A stretch of DNA of 64,000 nt from Firmicutes bacterium UBA5286 (lineage in GTDB: Bacteria > Bacillota > Proteinivoracia > UBA4975), in contig DHSM01000013.1 in assembly GCA_002408465.1 (NCBI GenBank), positions 1,551-65,550 on the forward strand, given 5' to 3'. Made by a program: the position numbers and the translations under genes. The stretch's first letter is position 1. Each line of letters begins with the position of its first letter. This document shows, one piece after another, positions 57,632-64,000 of this stretch. A model generated the notes under the pieces. It did no database searches and was not told where the DNA came from. It saw only the letters and a program-made list of their open reading frames with translations.

Positions 57632-59971
57632 ATGCACCCACGCAGTTTGCGCCTGCTGGAATTGGATAAAGTAATAGACATGCTCAAGGAAAGATGTGTA
57701 ACCTCTATGGGGGAGGATTCGGCTGCAGCAATAAAGCCCCTTACTGATTATACTGAGGTTTTGTCCCTGCAGCAGCAAACCTGTGAGGCTGTTGATATTC
57801 TCAGCAAAGATGAGCCCCCCTTATCGGGATTGGCAGATATCGGCGCTGAGATTGGCAGGGCTGGCAAGGGTGGCATTTTGGATCCTGCAAGTCTGTTCAG
57901 AGTTGCTGCATTTTTGGCTGCCAGCGCTGCTCTTCGCCGGTTTATGAAAAAGCATGCTGTAGCCGATAGCTGGCTGTCCCTGGCTGCTCAAGGCCTAGTG
58001 GACCTTCCCCAGCTGGCAGAAGATTTGCGCCGGGCTGTAGATTGGGATGGCAATGTCCTGGATTCTGCCAGCAATGAGCTCAGGTCGCTGCGCAGAAAAA
58101 TCGAAACAGCCGAATCCAGGCTGCGGGCGCGGCTGGATTCGATGATTAAATCTCCCACCATTCAGAAGTATTTGCAAGAGTCTTTGGTCACTCAGCGGGA
58201 GGGGCGCTTTTGTCTGCCGGTTAAATCTGAGTGCCGGGGACAGGTTCCTGGAGTGGTCCATGATCAGTCGGCCAGCGGCGCCACTCTTTTTATTGAGCCC
58301 TTGTCATCAGTGGAGTCCAGCAATGAAATTACCAGCCTCAAGCATCAGGAAGAGGATGAAATCAAAAGGATTCTGCGGGAGCTCTCCGGCCGGGTGGGCA
58401 AGTATAGTCAGGACCTGAACATGGCTCTGGAAGCTGCACGGGAAATCGATTTTGCCCTGGCAAAAGCTAAGCTGGCTCTGGCTATGGACGGAACCCCTCC
58501 GGAAATCCGCAGGGATGACCGTTTTGTCCTCAATAAGGCCCGCCATCCTTTGCTTCCTGCCAAGGAGGTTGTCCCCACTACCATCGCCTTGGGCGGAGAG
58601 TATTCGGTGTTGGTCATCACCGGCCCCAACACTGGCGGCAAGACAGTTACTCTCAAGACTGTAGGCCTCTTTTGCCTCATGGCTCAGTGCGGCCTGTGGC
58701 TGCCGGCATCTGGAGGAAGCTGCCTCCCTGTTTACACCAATATTTTCGCCGACATCGGTGATGAGCAGAGTATAGAGCAATCACTAAGCACTTTTTCCTC
58801 CCATATGACCAATATTGTCAAGATACTGGATCAGGCGGACAGCCGTTCACTGGTGCTGCTGGATGAGTTGGGGGCAGGAACTGACCCGGCAGAAGGAGCA
58901 GCCCTGGCCACAGCCCTCCTGGGCCGGCTGAAATCCGCCGGCATTTCTGTTGTAGCTACAACTCATTACAGTGAGTTAAAGGCCTATGCTGCTACTGAGC
59001 CGGGGGTGCAGAATGCCAGTGTGGAATTTGATGTAGAGACTTTGCGGCCCACCTACCGCCTGATCATCGGCACCCCGGGCAAGAGCAACGCTTTTGAAAT
59101 CGCTTTGCGCCTTGGCCTGGATTCAAGGGTTGTAGATAGCGCCAGAAAGTTGCTGAACACTGATACCCGCCGCACTGAAGACCTTCTCGCTTCCTTGGAA
59201 GCCAAACGCATTGAGTCGGAACGGGCCCTCCAGCAAGCCAGGGAGGAGCGGGAACAGGCAGAGAAATCACGCTTGGTCAGTGAGCAGCGTTTGCAAAGAA
59301 TTGAAGAACAGCAAGGGAAGCTGTTGGAACAGGCCCGGCAAAAGAGCAATGAACTGCTTAGGAGCGCTCGCTTTGAGGCTGAAGCCCTGCTGACTGACTT
59401 GCGCCAAGCCCAGTCCCAGGCTGTCAATGTCGACCAGTTGGCCCGCAGGGCCAGGGAGCAGCTAAAGCCCCTTCATGGCCAAAAATCCTGTGTCCCGGCC
59501 GCAGGAACGCCGCCCAAATCTTCCCAGCTGCCGGCGGGGCAACCAGTGCGGGTTTTGTCCCTGAATAAGACCGGTTCAATTGTTTCCCTGCTTTCAGAGG
59601 ACGAAGCTGTTGTGCAAGTGGGCATTATGAAGGTGAATGTCAAGCTCGCCGATTTGCGCCTTGCAGAGCGAGAAACATCGGTTGAAGGCAAAGGGCGCAG
59701 CATTGCGAGCACCGCAGCGGCTTCCATCTCTCCGGAAATTGATTTGCGGGGCCAGATGGTGGAAGAGGCCAGCCTTAGTTTAGAAAAATATCTGGACTCA
59801 GCCATGCTGGCTGGACTGGGCCAGGTCACTGTCATTCACGGCAAGGGCACCGGAGCCCTGGGCCGGGGATTGCAGGAATATCTCAAGACCCACCCTGCAG
59901 TCTCGGGCTTCAGATACGGCGGCGCTGGCGAAGGCGGCAGCGGCGTAACTGTGGTGACAATTAAAGCATAA
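57632..59971 (+). CDS. mutS2: Endonuclease MutS2
   Basis: HDQSASGATLFIEP, GPNTGGKT, DIGDEQS, LDELGAGTDP; Smr domain IDLRG..IHGKGTG. Confidence 0.97.
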   Translation: MHPRSLRLLELDKVIDMLKERCVTSMGEDSAAAIKPLTDYTEVLSLQQQTCEAVDILSKDEPPLSGLADIGAEIGRAGKGGILDPASLFRVAAFLAASAALRRFMKKHAVADSWLSLAAQGLVDLPQLAEDLRRAVDWDGNVLDSASNELRSLRRKIETAESRLRARLDSMIKSPTIQKYLQESLVTQREGRFCLPVKSECRGQVPGVVHDQSASGATLFIEPLSSVESSNEITSLKHQEEDEIKRILRELSGRVGKYSQDLNMALEAAREIDFALAKAKLALAMDGTPPEIRRDDRFVLNKARHPLLPAKEVVPTTIALGGEYSVLVITGPNTGGKTVTLKTVGLFCLMAQCGLWLPASGGSCLPVYTNIFADIGDEQSIEQSLSTFSSHMTNIVKILDQADSRSLVLLDELGAGTDPAEGAALATALLGRLKSAGISVVATTHYSELKAYAATEPGVQNASVEFDVETLRPTYRLIIGTPGKSNAFEIALRLGLDSRVVDSARKLLNTDTRRTEDLLASLEAKRIESERALQQAREEREQAEKSRLVSEQRLQRIEEQQGKLLEQARQKSNELLRSARFEAEALLTDLRQAQSQAVNVDQLARRAREQLKPLHGQKSCVPAAGTPPKSSQLPAGQPVRVLSLNKTGSIVSLLSEDEAVVQVGIMKVNVKLADLRLAERETSVEGKGRSIASTAAASISPEIDLRGQMVEEASLSLEKYLDSAMLAGLGQVTVIHGKGTGALGRGLQEYLKTHPAVSGFRYGGAGEGGSGVTVVTIKA

Positions 59972-60007
59972 AAAAGCTGTTGCCCCTAATCGGGTCAGCA
60001 GCTTTTC
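59971..60007. terminator. Bidirectional terminator
   Basis: aaaagctgttgccc..gggtcagcagctttt between convergent mutS2 and pbp. Confidence 0.7.
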
Positions 60008-60012
60008 TTAAC

Positions 60013-63012
60013 TTAGGCAACTTGTATTGGCCGAGGTCTTACCAGGCCTAATCCTTCGCCAGGATCCGGATCACCCGTGCCAGGGTCTTCCTCAGGCGGA
60101 GCAATTTCAATTGTGACGTCAGCACTAACGGTGGACTCGAAGCGGGCGCCTTTATATTTATAGATGACCTTGACCTTATATTCGTAGATGCCAGGCTGGG
60201 CCGCTCCTGCATCCTCATAGGTAGTAACAAGGGGGTCACTGATGCTGGTGAGGAGTTCGCCATTTTTGAAAATCTTATACCCGCCTAAGACAATCTGATC
60301 GATAGTGGTCATGGGAGGAGCGTTCCAATCCAACAGGATGCTGTTCTCTTTGGGTTCCGCTACCAGGGTGACTTCTAGGCCCCTAGTGTTGGAAATTGCC
60401 TGATGCCTTTGCAGCTCCTGATTTGCGCTATTGACCAGCATCAGTTTGTATTCGTAGGGCATTCCTGGCACATGGGCAGAGACGTTTATGCTCCTGGCTG
60501 TAATGGGGAGGGGGGAACTGTTGAGTTTGACTGTTTCACCAAATCTGGTGCAGTAGATGTTAAAGCCAATAAATTCAGGGACCTGGGGTTTTTCGCCCTC
60601 TGGGGGCACGGGTTGGGACCATTCCCATTTTAGGGTATTGCCCTCAAGGGTAAAGTCATAGGTCGGTCCATGTAAGTAACAATACTCTGTGGGCGGGCGC
60701 AGATTATAATCTGCAGGCAATCGTCCTAATTTTCCCATCCAGCGATCATCAGTGGGTTCCACCTCAGGCCGGTTGAGGAACACCCGTTCTTCAACTAAGT
60801 GCTCAGGACAGTGTTCGGTGGCAAGCAGTCCGCTTGTGGTGCAAATTGGCACGAGAACGTGCATGTCACAGGCCTGGGTGGGAACGGCGCTGGTTTTAAA
60901 CCAGTCGGTAATGGTATTAGTGCAATGCTCAGTAGGCAACAAGCCGGAATTAGCGCAAACTGTAACCTTGATGAGCCCTGAAGGTGCTGAGGGCAGTGGC
61001 ACAATATCATCACCGATGGTTTTGCGGAAAATTGTGCCAAACATATTGGTCATTTCTCTGCCTGTCTTGGTGCCGCCTATGAATACAGTCTTGCCATTGA
61101 CGGTGGCTTGCTTGTTGTCATTGCCCATCCATAAAGATACGACATAGTTGGCGTTGTAGCCTACCCGCCAACGGTCATGGTTATCGTTGGTGGTGCCGGT
61201 TTTCCCAGCCACATTGTACTTGCTCAGGCCTGTTCCGCTCATGGTGCCTCGGCGGACGACATCGCGCAGGACATCGGTTACCAAAAATGCTGTCTGCTCT
61301 GACATGGCCACCTTTTGCGATATCGAAGCCGAGTAAATTTCTATGCCTTCACGGTCGGTAATCCTTTTCACGAAAATCGGTTTTGAGCAGATGCCTTTAT
61401 TGGCAAAGGCAGAAAAGGCCTGGGCCATTTCCAGGGGTGTGACTTCCTGGGAGCCAATGGCGGTGCCCAGCTGTGAATAAGCTTTCGGGTTATTGGGATT
61501 GCGTTCGCCGTAATTAACTAGGCCCAGTTTGCGGGCAAACTCAACTCCATACTTTGCGCCGCCGGCTTCCATCACCATTTCATAGGCTTTGATTGCGGGA
61601 ATATTATAGGAGTGAACAAGGGCTTCCCTTACAGTAACCAACCCTTTGAAACTGCGGCTAAAGTTTTCGGGGGTATAGTATTTAGATCCACTTGGCCAGG
61701 CCGTAGGTGAATCGTCTAAGGTGCTGGCCGGGGAGAGAATGCCCAGTTCGAAGGCGGGGCCATAATCGATGATTGGTTTTATGGATGATCCTGGTTGGAA
61801 CATGCTGTTATAGCGATTTAATTTGTTAATCGAATTAAATTCCCTGCCGCCGACCATGCCAAGGACATAACCGGTTTTGACATCCATAAGCACTCCGGCA
61901 GCCTGGGGGTAGCGGCGGCCTGCCCGGCTGTGGCCTTCAGGATAAACGAAGGTGTTCTTAGGGTAATATTTATCGTCAAACATGATGTCCTGCATAATAT
62001 TTTGAATGCGGGGGTCCAAAGCAGTATAGATGTGCAGGCCTCCCCTGCGGATGGCCAGAGCAGCCTCATCTCTGCTGGCATAAAGGCCAGTCTCCATAAG
62101 AACTTCAGGTGCGTAGGTGTGAACTACCGCATCGGTATAGTGGGGGTAAGGCCATCCTTTGCTCTCGGTCATCTTCAACACAATTTCTTCATTAATTGCT
62201 TGCTTGTACTCTTCTTCATTAATAAAGCCAAAGCGGAGCATCATGGACAGGACATTGTTCCGCCTGTACAAAGCAGGCTCCATATTATCAGGGTCCGGTG
62301 AATAATACATTGGCGAGTTGGGTATGCCTGCCAGCAAGGCTGCTTCAGAAAGGGTCAGCTCTCCTACAGATTTGCTGAAATAAGTCTGGGAGGCGGCTTC
62401 AACTCCCCAAGCGTTGTTATCATAGAAGGTGACATTGTTAATGTAAAACTCAAAAATCTCATCTTTATTATATCGGCGTTCCATTTCAACTGCCAAGTAC
62501 AGCTCTTGGATTTTTCGGGAAAGTTTTTTCTGACTGGAGAGATAGACCTGTTTGGCAACCTGCTGGGTAATGGTGCTGCCACCCTGGCCTCCGCCTCCGA
62601 CAAGGTTGGTGTATACTGCTCGGGCAATGCCACGAAGGTCAAATCCGGGGTGATCTTCGAAGCTCTTGTCTTCGGCAGCGTAAAATGCATCTCTTAAATA
62701 ATCGGGGACATCGTCCATCTTAATGGGAATTCGGTTTTGGGCGTCATGAATTTCAGTGATTAAATCACCGTTAATGTCGTAAATATAAGACGGAAGACTG
62801 GGATGTTCCAAAAGAGAGGGGTCAAAGGAAGGAACATCCTCCAGGGCGCCAACAACCATGCCGGTTCCCATGCCCAGCCCGCCTATAAGAACCGCAAATA
62901 CAAAGACAATGCCGATTTTGGTCAGCAGCCAAGTAGTTGAGCCAAAGACTTTTAAGGCAGGTTTTGCTCTTTGAAAAAATAGTTTTAGGACAGAAATGTT
63001 AGAATCACGCAT
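60013..63012 (-). CDS. Class A penicillin-binding protein (PBP1A family) with C-terminal Cys/His repeats and FN3-like domains
   Basis: Transglycosylase motifs EDKSF..H.G.D, GSTITQQ, RKIQE; transpeptidase motifs SSIK, SYN, KTG. Confidence 0.93.
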   Translation of the reverse strand: MRDSNISVLKLFFQRAKPALKVFGSTTWLLTKIGIVFVFAVLIGGLGMGTGMVVGALEDVPSFDPSLLEHPSLPSYIYDINGDLITEIHDAQNRIPIKMDDVPDYLRDAFYAAEDKSFEDHPGFDLRGIARAVYTNLVGGGGQGGSTITQQVAKQVYLSSQKKLSRKIQELYLAVEMERRYNKDEIFEFYINNVTFYDNNAWGVEAASQTYFSKSVGELTLSEAALLAGIPNSPMYYSPDPDNMEPALYRRNNVLSMMLRFGFINEEEYKQAINEEIVLKMTESKGWPYPHYTDAVVHTYAPEVLMETGLYASRDEAALAIRRGGLHIYTALDPRIQNIMQDIMFDDKYYPKNTFVYPEGHSRAGRRYPQAAGVLMDVKTGYVLGMVGGREFNSINKLNRYNSMFQPGSSIKPIIDYGPAFELGILSPASTLDDSPTAWPSGSKYYTPENFSRSFKGLVTVREALVHSYNIPAIKAYEMVMEAGGAKYGVEFARKLGLVNYGERNPNNPKAYSQLGTAIGSQEVTPLEMAQAFSAFANKGICSKPIFVKRITDREGIEIYSASISQKVAMSEQTAFLVTDVLRDVVRRGTMSGTGLSKYNVAGKTGTTNDNHDRWRVGYNANYVVSLWMGNDNKQATVNGKTVFIGGTKTGREMTNMFGTIFRKTIGDDIVPLPSAPSGLIKVTVCANSGLLPTEHCTNTITDWFKTSAVPTQACDMHVLVPICTTSGLLATEHCPEHLVEERVFLNRPEVEPTDDRWMGKLGRLPADYNLRPPTEYCYLHGPTYDFTLEGNTLKWEWSQPVPPEGEKPQVPEFIGFNIYCTRFGETVKLNSSPLPITARSINVSAHVPGMPYEYKLMLVNSANQELQRHQAISNTRGLEVTLVAEPKENSILLDWNAPPMTTIDQIVLGGYKIFKNGELLTSISDPLVTTYEDAGAAQPGIYEYKVKVIYKYKGARFESTVSADVTIEIAPPEEDPGTGDPDPGEGLGLVRPRPIQVA

Positions 63013-63141
63013 AGTGAGTTCCTCCCTTATAACAAGGATAGAAATTTAATCAATTATAGCACAGATAATAATGCTTGTTAACAAGTTAGCATATCCAATA
63101 AGCATAAAAAAAACCCTTGCGGGTTCTTGCATATAATAAAG

Positions 63142-63218
63142 TGGTCGGGATGACAGGATTTGAACCTGCGGCCTCTGCGTCCCGAACGCAGCGCTCTACC
63201 AAACTGAGCCACATCCCG
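63142..63218 (-). tRNA. tRNA-Pro(CGG)
   Basis: Reverse complement CGGGATGTGGCTCAG..TTCGGGA..CCCGACCA. Confidence 0.96.
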
Positions 63219-63278
63219 GCACAAATTATTGTATGTAATCTGCTGAGCTTTGTCAACATAGGTTTAGGAGGAGGAAAA

Positions 63279-63983
63279 ATGTTCAGAATAAGGCGCAGGC
63301 CATTATATGCGGCAATGAAAAGCCGTTTTCCCCGGAGACATATTAAATTTTTAGCATTAATTCTCTTTATCTATTTGCTTGTCCAGACCTTCCTGGTTAT
63401 CGAATCTAATCTTAGGCCTACAATTATTGCACTGGCTCAAGCCCGAGCGAAAGTTCTGGCTACCGAAGCGGTTAATTCCGCAATCAATCAAAAAATTGCC
63501 AAGGAAAGTCGATATGAACATTTAATTTTTATTCAAAAAGACAATGAGGGCAATGTGGTAATGGCAGAAGTTAATAATATGGAATTGGCCAGAATTCAGT
63601 CTCTGACCACCATGAATGTGCAATCTGCCCTAAAAGACCTCGAAGAACAAAAAATCAAAATTCCTCTGGGCCAAGTTTTAGGCAGCGAAATTCTCGCCAA
63701 CCTGGGACCCAAGATTCCAGTAAGTCTGGTTCCCATTGGCACTGTCAGCGCGAAAATGGTACAATCTTTTGAATCCAGCGGCATCAATATAGTTTCCCAC
63801 CAAGTAGGAATTGAAATTACTGCGACAGTCCATATTGTCATTCCTTTTATGACGTCAGAGGTAAATGTAAATACTTATACGCCAATTGTCACAGCGACTT
63901 TCTTTGGACGTGTTCCGGAAACTGTGATAAACTTGCCCATGCCTTATGATTTTCAGTTTCCATCTATTTCAGATACAGAATAG
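63279..63983 (+). CDS. yunB: Sporulation protein YunB
   Basis: RBS aggaggagg; IPLGQVLGS..LANLGPKIPV, FESSGIN, GRVPE. Confidence 0.92.
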   Translation: MFRIRRRPLYAAMKSRFPRRHIKFLALILFIYLLVQTFLVIESNLRPTIIALAQARAKVLATEAVNSAINQKIAKESRYEHLIFIQKDNEGNVVMAEVNNMELARIQSLTTMNVQSALKDLEEQKIKIPLGQVLGSEILANLGPKIPVSLVPIGTVSAKMVQSFESSGINIVSHQVGIEITATVHIVIPFMTSEVNVNTYTPIVTATFFGRVPETVINLPMPYDFQFPSISDTE

Positions 63984-64000
63984 CCGGAGCCGACATATAT

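Noticed and set aside
63117-63278. N-terminal extension of the yunB ORF
   Set aside because: Overlaps tRNA-Pro on the opposite strand; the real start is ATG 63279 with a strong RBS.

Overview
64 kb chromosomal window (about 50% GC) from a spore-forming Bacillota (Firmicutes) bacterium, probably clostridial-type. Most of it is core genome: dinB-polA-mutM-coaE-slt-oppDF, eight tRNAs, a gerA/B/C-type germination operon, ytxC, T-box-thrS, L20 leader-infC-rpmI-rplT, ktrB/ktrA, T-box-pheST-zapA-cvpA-mutS2, a class A PBP and yunB. Accessory or unusual elements: (1) the highly structured 3' part of a possible large ncRNA at the window start; (2) a small defence-like islet (about 1.1-5.2 kb) with an orphan Wadjet JetD/Toprim fragment, a RelE/ParE-type TA pair and, most notably, a single ORF fusing an intact UvrD/SF1 helicase, an HsdR_N-like PD-(D/E)xK nuclease and a LexA/UmuD-type S24 autopeptidase that keeps its Ala-Gly cleavage site and Ser/Lys dyad, a candidate RecA/ssDNA-switched helicase-nuclease; (3) a HesB-like selenoprotein gene missed by the ORF track (in-frame TGA plus SECIS-like hairpin) behind a CsoR/CstR-like operator; (4) a doubly inactivated vapBC pair; (5) a NERD-helicase with a degenerate nuclease motif; (6) a prophage-repressor remnant after tRNA-Leu; (7) an in-frame TGA splitting gerA; (8) a Thr-tract protein plus GT4 glycosyltransferase pair after tRNA-Val. 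All family assignments come from motif recognition by eye; no database searches were run.
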